Source of the DNA: Chloroflexota bacterium
GTDB lineage: Bacteria > Chloroflexota > UBA6077 > FW602-bin22 > JBCLEL01
Direction: 5' to 3'
Length of the DNA: 64,000 bases
NCBI GenBank assembly: GCA_965262895.1
Contig: OZ253568.1
Location: forward strand, 3,547,317 to 3,611,316
The position numbers were made by a program, and so were the translations under genes. Of this stretch, positions 9,186 to 18,524 are shown piece after piece. Below the pieces are notes generated by a model. It was not told where the DNA came from, ran no database searches, and saw only the letters and a list, made by a program, of their open reading frames with translations. Within the stretch, counting starts at the first letter, position 1. Each line of letters starts with the position of its first letter.

Positions 9186-10213
9186 TTCGAGATGCAATAG
9201 CGCAACTGGTAGATGGAACGTCGCTGGACCGGGCCCAAGCGGCCCAGGTTATGGAAGAGATAATGACGGGCGAGGCAACGCCGGCCCAAATTGGCGCCTT
9301 TACCGTTGCGCTACGACAGAAAGGTGAGACGGTAGACGAAATCACTGGCTTTGCCGGTGTAATGCGGGATAAGTCGATCAAAGTCTCGGTAGATGGGCCC
9401 GTTTTAGATACCTGCGGAACCGGCGGCGATGGCGCCGGCACCATGAACATCTCGACCGCTGCCGCTTTTGTAGCCGCCGGCGCGGGCGCGACTGTTGCCA
9501 AGCATGGCAACCGAGCGATGTCGAGCGCCTGTGGCAGCGCCGACTTGTTAGAGGCTCTCGGTGTGAACATCAATCTGGGCGCTGCTCAGGTCGCGCAATG
9601 CCTCACAGACACGGGAATTGGATTCATGTTTGCGCAACTTTTTCACCCGGCGATGAAATACGCGGCAGGTCCTAGACGCGAGATTGGAGTTCGTACGGTC
9701 TTTAATTTCCTGGGACCACTTACGAACCCGGCCGGTGCCCGGCACCAACTATTGGGAGTCCCTAGTGAAGAGACAGCAGTAAAGCTTGCCAACGCCTTGA
9801 ATGCGCTGGGCAGCGAGCATGCTCTTGTAGTAACCAGCGGAGATGGGTTGGATGAATTATCTACAACTGCCGAATCCGTCGTATATGAAGTTCAACATGG
9901 GGCCGTTCGAAGCTACGTCGTCAGTCCCCGGGACTTGGGATTCACAACTTCTAACCTGGAGGACATCGCCGGAGGAGATGCAAAAGAAAATGCCTCAATT
10001 ATTCGTTCAGTATTCGCCGGCGAGAAGGGACCTCGGAGGGACGTGGTCGTGCTGAATGCCGGCGCTGCCCTGTGCGCTGGCGATCTCGCAGACTCGATCC
10101 CCGCCGGGATCGCGCTGGCGGTCGATTCATTGGACACCGGCCGTGCTACTGATAGATTGGAGCGCCTAGTGAGGCTCTCGAACGAGTTGGCCGAATCGGG
10201 TGAGGCTGTTTAG
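9182..10213 (+). CDS. trpD: Anthranilate phosphoribosyltransferase
   Basis: [12 protein letters not shown]...[27 protein letters not shown]...[12 protein letters not shown] 9182 overlaps the trpG stop (ATGA). Confidence 0.9.
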   Translation: MIRDAIAQLVDGTSLDRAQAAQVMEEIMTGEATPAQIGAFTVALRQKGETVDEITGFAGVMRDKSIKVSVDGPVLDTCGTGGDGAGTMNISTAAAFVAAGAGATVAKHGNRAMSSACGSADLLEALGVNINLGAAQVAQCLTDTGIGFMFAQLFHPAMKYAAGPRREIGVRTVFNFLGPLTNPAGARHQLLGVPSEETAVKLANALNALGSEHALVVTSGDGLDELSTTAESVVYEVQHGAVRSYVVSPRDLGFTTSNLEDIAGGDAKENASIIRSVFAGEKGPRRDVVVLNAGAALCAGDLADSIPAGIALAVDSLDTGRATDRLERLVRLSNELAESGEAV

Positions 10214-10265
10214 TGCTCTGTTCGCTGCACGTGTTTATGAAGTTGCCTAGCCTAGTTCCCGATCA

Positions 10266-10995
10266 CATTGGTACGAAAGCATGTCCCGGACTCCGATCCG
10301 GGATAGATGGTTCCCGCCACCGAAGTCGTCATTCCGGCGAAAGCCGGAATCCAGAGGGTTGGCAGAGGTGGCACCAATGACAGACGAACACTTCCAGCAA
10401 CCAGACCCGGATTTTCCTACCTTGGTGTGCCGGCACCAGCTGGCATGGGCGATTGGTACGAAAGCATGTCCCGGACTCCTATCCGGGATAGATGGCTCTT
10501 GTCACCAAATTCATTATTACCGCGTAGGCGGAAATCCAAGGAAGGCATGGGTGGCGGAACTGCGCGAATCCATCACAGACCTTCGAACGCGACAATCCGG
10601 AGGGGGCAAGGTTCTGCCTCCTCTCCCTCGACGGCAGACGATCGAGGTGAGGGTGACCCCCGCAGGGCCAGGGCTTGTCTCCAGCCAAGGGCACACGGGC
10701 AACCCGCCCCACACGACCTGCCGTGTGCCATCTCGCGAATTCCCCTCGCTCACTCCGTCATTCCCGCGAAGGCGGGAATCCAGAGGGGGTAGGAGTGGCG
10801 CGAATGACAGCCAAACGCTTCTGAAGACCAAGCGCCATCTTCACGCCTCGCTGTGCCGGCAACGAACGACGCGGACCATTCCTATGAGCATAGATGGTCA
10901 CCACCTAATAAAGAGGGGATCCCCCTCCTCTCCCTCGATGGGAGAGGATTGAGGTGAGGGTGAACCCGGTAGCGCTGGGGCTTGGCCCAAGCCAA
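10266..10995 (+). repeat. Mosaic hairpin-repeat cluster 4, inside the trp operon
   Basis: Contains A (10270-10303), B (10327-10357), E (10411-10454), A (10455-10488), degenerate B (about 10517-10545), F (10617-10655), C-like (10655-10690), B (10756-10786), F (10924-10963) and C (10969-10992). ORF-track ORFs 10281..10952 and 10307..10792 are repeat translations. Confidence 0.9.
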
Positions 10996-11036
10996 CACGC
11001 TCATTCCTTGTACCGTGTCGCCGGGATAAGACTTCG

Positions 11037-11810
11037 TTGATTTTGGACGAGATTGTCGCTTACAAGCGCGGCGAGTTGGAAGAGCGAAAGAACAACACTA
11101 CCTTCCTCGAACTGGAGTTACGGGCTGGAGAGCAAGATCCGCCTCGCCCATTTCGAGCGGCCCTCGAAGGTGACGATGTTGCCTTGATTGCTGAGGTGAA
11201 AAAAGCGTCGCCTTCCAGAGGGTTGCTCGCCGCCGATTTCGATCCGGTACGCTTGGCCCTCGAATACGAGCATGGTGGAGCAAGGTCAATCTCGGTGTTG
11301 ACGGACGAAAAGTTCTTTCAGGGCTCTTTGAGTCACTTGCGCCGGGTAAAATTCAACTCCTCACTCCCAGTGTTGCGCAAAGACTTTGTCTTTGACCCCT
11401 ACCAAGTAGTGGAGTCAAGAGCGGCCGGCGCGGACTGTATTCTCCTTATCGTTTCGATCCTGGATGATGGACCACTTCGGACCTTGGCGGATTTGGCAAC
11501 AACTATGGGGATGGCTACCCTGGTAGAGGTTCACGACGCGATCGAGGTACACAGGGCGCTGGATGCTGGTGTTGAACTAATTGGTATCAACAATCGTGAT
11601 TTGCGCACCTTTGAAGTTGACTTACGAACGACTGAGCAACTTCGCCGGCTAATTCCATCGCATTGCACCGTCGTTAGTGAGAGTGGCATCCACAGCCCAA
11701 CCGACGTCGCGATGCTTAGGGACTGGGGTGTTGACGCCATGCTGGTGGGTGAGTCCCTAGTCGTGGCTGAGGATACTGCAGGCAAGGTGCAGGAGCTCAT
11801 AGGCCGATGA
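11037..11810 (+). CDS. trpC: Indole-3-glycerol phosphate synthase
   Basis: 257 aa: ...ALIAEVKKASPSRGLL...ISVLTDEKFFQGS...LRKDF. TTG start; no strong RBS seen. Confidence 0.85.
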   Translation: MILDEIVAYKRGELEERKNNTTFLELELRAGEQDPPRPFRAALEGDDVALIAEVKKASPSRGLLAADFDPVRLALEYEHGGARSISVLTDEKFFQGSLSHLRRVKFNSSLPVLRKDFVFDPYQVVESRAAGADCILLIVSILDDGPLRTLADLATTMGMATLVEVHDAIEVHRALDAGVELIGINNRDLRTFEVDLRTTEQLRRLIPSHCTVVSESGIHSPTDVAMLRDWGVDAMLVGESLVVAEDTAGKVQELIGR

Positions 11811-12433
11811 GTGAGTATCCTCGCGTTAAGATTTGTGGTCTACGTGAATTGGAGCATGCGTTGGTAGCAGCTGAATGTGGTGTGAACTTCATTGGCTTCG
11901 TCTTCGCGCCTGCCCGACGTCGCATCGAGCCTGCGTGCGCCAGAGAAATCGTAAGGCAGGTACCAAATTGCCCGAGCCGGGTCGGACTATTCGTCAATGA
12001 GTCACCGGAATTGGTGAATAGCATCGCGGATGAAGTCGGGCTCGACTACGTGCAGCTTTGCGGCGATGAAACGCCTGAATACCTGGCGCAAATCAACCGA
12101 CCCGCAATCAAGTCAATTGCTGTGTCCGACGCGAACTCGCTAACAGGCGTTCAAGACTATCATGGTCGAGGCGCTACGGTGCTGTTCGATGCCTACGCTC
12201 CCGGTGAACGCGGTGGAACCGGCATCAGTTTTGACTGGTCGATATTTGAACACAACCGTCCAATGTTCCCGTTTGTACTGGCCGGCGGTTTGAATCCTGA
12301 CAACGTGTCCGAAGCGATACGGATTGCAAGACCGTGGGGCGTTGATGTGAGCAGTGGTGTTGAAATCGATGGTCGCAAAGATAGCAACCTTATAGTTGAT
12401 TTTGTACAGGCCGCTAGGAGCGTACGATCATGA
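11807..12433 (+). CDS. trpF: Phosphoribosylanthranilate isomerase
   Basis: 208 aa: VKICGL...; ATGA overlap with trpC. Confidence 0.85.
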   Translation: MSEYPRVKICGLRELEHALVAAECGVNFIGFVFAPARRRIEPACAREIVRQVPNCPSRVGLFVNESPELVNSIADEVGLDYVQLCGDETPEYLAQINRPAIKSIAVSDANSLTGVQDYHGRGATVLFDAYAPGERGGTGISFDWSIFEHNRPMFPFVLAGGLNPDNVSEAIRIARPWGVDVSSGVEIDGRKDSNLIVDFVQAARSVRS

Positions 12434-13653
12434 GCGCCTTCGCTAGAACAGATCTGTCGGAAAGATTTGCCGGTAGGTTTGGGCCCTACGGGGGACAGTA
12501 CGTTCCCGAGACACTGATGTCTGCGCTAGACGAGTTGGTCGAGCAGTACTACTCGATTAAAGATGACCTCTCATTTCATCAGGAGTTAACAGAGCTCCTC
12601 AAGTTTTACGTCGGTAGGCCCACCCCCCTTTACTACGCTGGACGGCTCACAGAGTCGATAGGTGGCGCCCGGATCATGTTGAAGCGCGAAGACTTGGCTC
12701 ATACTGGCGCTCACAAGATAAATAGCGCTGTGGGCCAAGTCCTATTGGCCAGAAGAATGGGCAAGCGCCGGGTCATTGCCGAGACTGGCGCAGGACAACA
12801 CGGTGTTGCCACCGCTACCGTTTGTGCTCTGTTCGGACTCGAGTGCGTAGTCTATATGGGCGAGGAAGATATACATCGTCAATCGCTGAATGTGTTCCGG
12901 ATGAAACTGCTCGGTGCGGAGGTGCGGCCAGTCGCCAGCGGCACACGAACGCTCAAGGATGCGATAAATGAGGCGATACGCGATTGGGTCACTAATGTTG
13001 AAACCACTTACTATCTTCTCGGTTCCGCGGTTGGACAGCACCCATATCCCCTGATCGTAAGGGACTTTCAGTCCGTTATCGGCCGCGAAACACGGGAACA
13101 ACATATCGAGCAATTCGGTCGCTTGCCTGATTGCGTCGTAGCCTGTGTCGGCGGTGGCAGTAACGCTATCGGAATTTTCCATCCCTTCGTCGAAGACCAA
13201 TCGGTCAGGTTGATAGGCGCAGAAGCCGGCGGTGATGGCATAGACTCTGGCAGACACTCCGCTACGCTCGTCGCCGGGTCGCCCGGCGTCCTTCACGGTG
13301 CGTTCACATATCTTTTGCAGGACGAACACGGACAAGTGCAGCCGGCTCACAGCATATCCGCCGGCCTAGACTACCCCGGCGTTGGGCCAGAGCATGCATT
13401 TCTGAAGGAGTCTGGAAGAGCTGAATATATCGCGGTCGACGACCGTCAGGCACTTGAAGGGTTCAAGCTGCTCTGTGAGACCGAGGGCATCATCCCTGCA
13501 CTTGAACCAGCTCATGCGATTTACTTGGCGGCTCAGATTGCCAAAGAGATGTCCGCAGATCAATCTATTACCATCAATCTCTCTGGCCGAGGAGATAAAG
13601 ACATGCACATCGTAGCCCAAGCGCTTGGAGTGACGTTGGAAGGTGCAGGATAA
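12430..13653 (+). CDS. trpB: Tryptophan synthase beta chain
   Basis: 407 aa: ...[18 protein letters not shown]...GGGSNAIG...; ATGA overlap with trpF. Confidence 0.92.
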   Translation: MSAFARTDLSERFAGRFGPYGGQYVPETLMSALDELVEQYYSIKDDLSFHQELTELLKFYVGRPTPLYYAGRLTESIGGARIMLKREDLAHTGAHKINSAVGQVLLARRMGKRRVIAETGAGQHGVATATVCALFGLECVVYMGEEDIHRQSLNVFRMKLLGAEVRPVASGTRTLKDAINEAIRDWVTNVETTYYLLGSAVGQHPYPLIVRDFQSVIGRETREQHIEQFGRLPDCVVACVGGGSNAIGIFHPFVEDQSVRLIGAEAGGDGIDSGRHSATLVAGSPGVLHGAFTYLLQDEHGQVQPAHSISAGLDYPGVGPEHAFLKESGRAEYIAVDDRQALEGFKLLCETEGIIPALEPAHAIYLAAQIAKEMSADQSITINLSGRGDKDMHIVAQALGVTLEGAG

Positions 13654-13654
13654 T

Positions 13655-14461
13655 ATGAGTCGCCTCAGTGGCGTGTTCGAAGCTTGCAAGGAAGACCGTA
13701 GACTCGCACTGTTGCCGTACCTTACGGTTGGCTATCCTTCGCTCCAAGCGACGCTTGATCTCGCACCGGCATTGGCGGAGGCCGGCGCGGATGCATTGGA
13801 GTTGGGGATCCCTTTCTCGGATCCCGTAGCCGATGGCCCCACAATCCAGCGCTCCACCCACCAAGCCTTGCAGAGCGGCGTTACGCCAGAAACATGTCTT
13901 GAGGTAGCTGGTAGGCTGCGTGCCGCTATCTCGACTCCATTGCTGTTCATGACCTATCTCAATCCGATATTGCGTTACGGAGCCGAGCGATTCCTCAACG
14001 ATGCCCGCGACGCCGGTGTAGATGGCCTAATCGTTCCTGATCTGCCAGCAGAGGAATCAGAGGGAGTTTCCGGCCTTTGCCGAGACCGGAATCTTGATTT
14101 GATCCAGTTCATGGCGCCAACCAGCAGTGAAAGCCGGCTCGAAGTCATATCGAGCCAGGCAAGCGGGTTCATTTACTGCGTATCCCTGACAGGTGTGACG
14201 GGAGCGCGTGCGCGCCTGGCACAGACACTGCCGGAATTTCTTTCACGAGTTCGCCGGCACAGTTCACTTCCTAGAGTTGTCGGTTTCGGTATCTCGCGTC
14301 CCGAGCATGTAGCCGCTTTGCACGATATTGCCGAGGGCGCGATCGTGGCGAGCGGCCTAATCGATGTGATCGATCGAGCCGATAAAGGCCAAGCTATGAT
14401 CGAAGCTACACGTTACGTCGCCAAAATGAAGGCGATGACCAAACCTGCTCCCGCCGGCTAG
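13655..14461 (+). CDS. trpA: Tryptophan synthase alpha chain
   Basis: ATG 13655 (MSRLSGVFEACKEDRRLALLPYLTVGYP...ELGIPFSDPVADGPTIQ) with aGGtGcAGGA upstream. The ORF-track start 13643 is a GTG 4 codons earlier. Confidence 0.9.
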   Translation: MSRLSGVFEACKEDRRLALLPYLTVGYPSLQATLDLAPALAEAGADALELGIPFSDPVADGPTIQRSTHQALQSGVTPETCLEVAGRLRAAISTPLLFMTYLNPILRYGAERFLNDARDAGVDGLIVPDLPAEESEGVSGLCRDRNLDLIQFMAPTSSESRLEVISSQASGFIYCVSLTGVTGARARLAQTLPEFLSRVRRHSSLPRVVGFGISRPEHVAALHDIAEGAIVASGLIDVIDRADKGQAMIEATRYVAKMKAMTKPAPAG

Positions 14462-14589
14462 TCGCCTGGAACCTCCTCTAATTTGGTTAGAGAAAGTTAC
14501 TGTCGAGAGCCGAGGCGTCAATAGGTTTCCGATCTAAACGTTCGCAGTCGTTCTGGCGCAAAAAGATGGCGTAACGCGGGAGGATCAAG

Positions 14590-15678
14590 ATGAAAATCAC
14601 TGATCTGATGGTCGAAGAGTTCAGCTGGCTTCGGAATAAACCCATACGCAACGGTCTCCACGTCTATACGCACTCCGGACTTGCCCTCATACGAATATCC
14701 ACCGATGAAGGCGTTGAGGGTATTGGCCTTGGCTCCCCAAGTCCGATAAACAGACCCGTTGTTGAGAAATTACGCGGCGAGCTGATTGGCGAGAACCCGA
14801 TGAACGTCGAGCGCCTGTGGAACAAGATGTGGGTGCCCAAGCTGATCGGCCGGCGCGGACTGACCACCCGGGTGATCAGCGGAATCGACATTGCTCTGTG
14901 GGGCTTGCGCGGCAAGATAACCGGACAGCCTGTTTATCGACTGCTCGGCGGCTATCGTGAACGAGTACCCACCTACATAGCCGGTGGATACTACGAGGAA
15001 GGCAAGGGTCTAGACGATTTGGCGCGAGAGATGCAGACCAATGTGGCGATGGGAGCCACTGCCGTCAAGATGAAAGTTGGGGGCGCGTCAATGGGTGAAG
15101 ACGTAGACCGAGTGCGAGTGGTTCGTGATGCGCTAGGGCCCAATGTGAAAATCATGGTAGACGCCAACTGCGCCTATAGATGCCACCAAGCCATCCAGCT
15201 GGCTCGCAAGATCGAACGGTACGATATTTTCTGGTTCGAAGAGCCTGTAGCGCCCGACGATTATCGAGGCCACGCCCTGCTAGCCAACCAGACCACGATA
15301 CCGATTGCCACCGGCGAGAACGAGTATACGAAGTACGGATTCCGCGATCTGATCGAGCATCGCGCAGCCGCGATTTTGAACGCCGATGCGCAAGTACTCG
15401 GTGGGATCACTGAGTTCATGAAGGTGGCTGCGCTAGCCCAAGCCCACGACCTCGATATCGCGCCTCACGGCAGCCAAGACGTTCATGTTCACTTGGTCGC
15501 GGCAATATCTAACGGCTTGATCGTCGAATACTATCGCGACACCGTTGATCCCATGTGGGGACACATTTTCAAAGAAACACTTGCCTTGAATAAGGACGGG
15601 ACTCTGAGCCCGCCAGATAGGCCCGGTCTTGGTTTGGAACCAAACTACGAGTCTCTAACCAGGCATCGTGTTGGGTAA
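14590..15678 (+). CDS. Enolase-superfamily enzyme (mandelate racemase/muconate lactonizing family; acid-sugar dehydratase-like)
   Basis: 362 aa with KIMVDANCAY, FWFEEP, IATGENEY and ADAQVLGGITE motifs typical of the MR/MLE subgroup. Confidence 0.8.
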   Translation: MKITDLMVEEFSWLRNKPIRNGLHVYTHSGLALIRISTDEGVEGIGLGSPSPINRPVVEKLRGELIGENPMNVERLWNKMWVPKLIGRRGLTTRVISGIDIALWGLRGKITGQPVYRLLGGYRERVPTYIAGGYYEEGKGLDDLAREMQTNVAMGATAVKMKVGGASMGEDVDRVRVVRDALGPNVKIMVDANCAYRCHQAIQLARKIERYDIFWFEEPVAPDDYRGHALLANQTTIPIATGENEYTKYGFRDLIEHRAAAILNADAQVLGGITEFMKVAALAQAHDLDIAPHGSQDVHVHLVAAISNGLIVEYYRDTVDPMWGHIFKETLALNKDGTLSPPDRPGLGLEPNYESLTRHRVG

Positions 15679-15751
15679 TGGACGCCATCTGGAGCGTTAG
15701 CGATACAGCGCCGGCAGATCCATCGTTCGGTGATCCACATCGGCTCCCTTG

Positions 15752-16144
15752 CTAAAGTTGTCGCCGGCCCGCGAAACCGTCCTCCAACTCGTGCCAGAAA
15801 CCGATCTCAGGTTCTCCCACCTTCCAGCATAGGTGCACAATCCTGCCCTGCCAGCTGGTTCTAAAATCGAACAGTCCGATTTCCAGGTCTTTCAGCTCGC
15901 AGCCCAAGTCGTTTATTGATTTGATTCTGCTGTCGAAACGGGAGATCAGTTCCGATAGGCGACGGCGCGCTTCCGTAAATTCGCGGGCGCGATCATGACC
16001 GTTTTGCCTCGCCTGCCGCTCGATGTTCGTAACCTCCTGCTGCGCCTCACTGATTGACTGACGCGTGCTTCGTAGCTCCTCAACAATCTGTTCCAGTTGT
16101 GGCAACAGTGCGTTGGCCTCGTCTAAGGAAAATAGCTTCGGCAT
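15752..16144 (-). CDS. DUF2203-family protein
   Basis: 130 aa: MPKLFSLDEANALLPQLEQIVEELR...GCELKDLEIGLFDF...LCWKVGEPEIGFWHE, the characteristic DUF2203 pattern. Confidence 0.65.
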   Translation of the reverse strand: MPKLFSLDEANALLPQLEQIVEELRSTRQSISEAQQEVTNIERQARQNGHDRAREFTEARRRLSELISRFDSRIKSINDLGCELKDLEIGLFDFRTSWQGRIVHLCWKVGEPEIGFWHELEDGFAGRRQL

Positions 16145-16675
16145 TTGAAGTTCACCCCCTTTTCGGATGCGGCACAGAGCGGCCGGCGGTGGAAACTAAT
16201 TGATATTGGCGTCTCGACGTCCACAAGATAGCGAGATATTTATGCGGCGGTTTCTATAAGTAGCTCCACCGTCTTGTATAGGAAAGATTCAAGTGTGTTC
16301 AGTATTGTCCGGTGAGCCGGTTCGCGGGACCGGTTCTTGCTTAACAAGCGTAGTGAGTATAAGCGACAAGGTTAAATCCTTTCCCGGCTCCTCAGACGCC
16401 AAGTACAGCAAAGTACTCTGGACCGACGCTGATCTCAACAATTGCGCGCGCACTTGCGATCACAGCCAAACCAAAGTCACACAAGTGCGATGGCCCTGAC
16501 GGCGTTCCCTATTGTAAGCAATCAAGTTCTCGGTCAGGGCTTTTCGGACGCTTGGCTGACCGGTAGTGACACCGCCAATGAAGTCCCCATACCGCGTGCA
16601 AGTTACCTTGAGTTCGGCCAATACTCGACCCCGATCCAGATCGTGCGTCTTCGCCCGCGCGAGGGTGATTCCGGC

Positions 16676-18352
16676 TCACCGACGCACGTTGGGCATGAAT
16701 AAGCTATATGTCTGACTGGGTTCCTCTACATGCTGATCGGATTGGCCGGCCTCGTCCACGTGCCAGCGGTTCAACTCTTCCACCAATCCTGCCCAATAGG
16801 TTGGCCTCTGCGATGCATCCATCTTTACGTATCCTGTGATGGTGGCCTTTTTACCCGGCTCCAATGCATCAGGAAGACCCCACCTGTAAGGGTAGTTGGG
16901 ATTGTCGTCGGGGCTCCGCTCGTAGCCGACTCCTACGCGGAACGCCCCTCGCACCTCGGGGAATCCGCGCGCCAAGTAGGTCTCGCCTTGCTGAAACAGC
17001 GTACCTGGTGGTGGACCCTGAGTAGGCATCGTGCCCGTTCCAATATTCTCTACTTCGATGTCCACGCGCATCGTCGAGCCAGGTGCTGGGCTCGTAGGTG
17101 AGAACTTTATCAAGGTGATCGAGCCTTCCGGCTTGGGTGTCTGATAATCCAAATTCCACCATACGTCGCCGCGTAAGGCCTCAAGATAGGCGGCTAATCC
17201 ATCACCTGGGCAGTCGGTCTCCTCTGGCATTCCGTCTCGGTGACCCATTATGTTTGGCAAATGATTCCAAACGAAATAGCTGTCGCCGTGCGGAGGAATG
17301 TAACGGCATCGCCAGGCGATTAGTCGCGCCAACGCGCGCTGCATGTCTATCGATGGCCCTTGCGACCGGAACGTACCTATGCATCCGATCCCTAGACTTC
17401 CTTCGTTGAGATCTCCCCTCGAAGGACTTGCCGTATGCCCGCCTACCACTCCGGGACCTCCAGCCCGCCCTTCGTAAATATTTCCGTATTGGTCGATCAA
17501 GTAGTTGTAACCTATATCTCCCCAACCCATTGAAACGGCGTGGTAATAATATATCGCCCGCACTACCGCGGCCGGATCGGCACTATCGCCTGTGGCCGTG
17601 TGATGTATGAACACTTTCTGTAGAGTACGGTATTGGCGCGGCCAAATCTCACGCCCGTCTCCATCGTGACGCCAGCTCTCGTCGGCGCCCCAAGCCTCCC
17701 GGCCTATGATTGGTTGCCGTTTTGGAGATTTGATCCTGGCGATTGGCTCTTCAAATGTCTTGGCCACAGCCGGGGCACTCGCTCCGTTGAGCGAGTTGAT
17801 TAGGTCGACCACTATGTCCGGCACGGGCCAGTCAGGCTCCAGCGTCACTCGATATTGCAAGTACCAACTGGCCGGCGTAGAAACGAGCCCAGCAGGCATG
17901 AATCCATCCGACGCTACTTGCCCGTGACAACTGCAATCCGTTACTGCCATCCAATCCGACCAAAGGTCGCCATCAGAGCTAACCCGCAAAGATAAATCAC
18001 GCCACTCACCGCTGACCAGGAACCCTACGGCATTGAACTCGTGAGGCGCATGTTTGATTTGCGATTGCCATGAAGTTCCAACTTTGCTAGAGGATACCGC
18101 CGCGGTCGCGTTCTGCCATCTAGTCGCGACTGTTTCGTCTGAGTGCGCTACGTTACTCGAAAGATGTGAGTGCACCCTCGCCAATGCGTCGGCAATATCG
18201 TTCGACAAGTCGCTGTCACCAGACAGATACGTGCGCGTTCCTTCCCATTGACTGCCGATGGCGGCCGATAAACCGGCGCCGGCGATAATCCTCAAGAAAT
18301 CTCTACGAGTGAGAATCACGCGAATCGATATCCACGAACAGCACCCGCGCAT
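16676..18352 (-). CDS. Secreted N-acetylmuramoyl-L-alanine amidase (Amidase_2/PGRP domain) with Tat-type signal
   Basis: 558 aa. N-terminal TRRDFLRIIAGAGLSAA twin-arginine motif. Central ...IHHTATGD...YYHAVSMGWGDIGYNYLIDQYGNIYEGRAGG... amidase_2 core. Confidence 0.8.
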   Translation of the reverse strand: MRGCCSWISIRVILTRRDFLRIIAGAGLSAAIGSQWEGTRTYLSGDSDLSNDIADALARVHSHLSSNVAHSDETVATRWQNATAAVSSSKVGTSWQSQIKHAPHEFNAVGFLVSGEWRDLSLRVSSDGDLWSDWMAVTDCSCHGQVASDGFMPAGLVSTPASWYLQYRVTLEPDWPVPDIVVDLINSLNGASAPAVAKTFEEPIARIKSPKRQPIIGREAWGADESWRHDGDGREIWPRQYRTLQKVFIHHTATGDSADPAAVVRAIYYYHAVSMGWGDIGYNYLIDQYGNIYEGRAGGPGVVGGHTASPSRGDLNEGSLGIGCIGTFRSQGPSIDMQRALARLIAWRCRYIPPHGDSYFVWNHLPNIMGHRDGMPEETDCPGDGLAAYLEALRGDVWWNLDYQTPKPEGSITLIKFSPTSPAPGSTMRVDIEVENIGTGTMPTQGPPPGTLFQQGETYLARGFPEVRGAFRVGVGYERSPDDNPNYPYRWGLPDALEPGKKATITGYVKMDASQRPTYWAGLVEELNRWHVDEAGQSDQHVEEPSQTYSLFMPNVRR

Positions 18353-18524
18353 TGAGCAAGATCGTACATAAGAGTGCTTTATCTGAGCAGAACGGCGTGA
18401 AGCGGATTGTCAATCATGGTCGTCATAGAATCGATTCTATTAAGAGGAGTTGATGAACGCCGTTAAACGCAGGTAAGAAATAACCCAGGGAATCAGGATC
18501 CAGCTAGGGACTCTGCTAGTCGGG

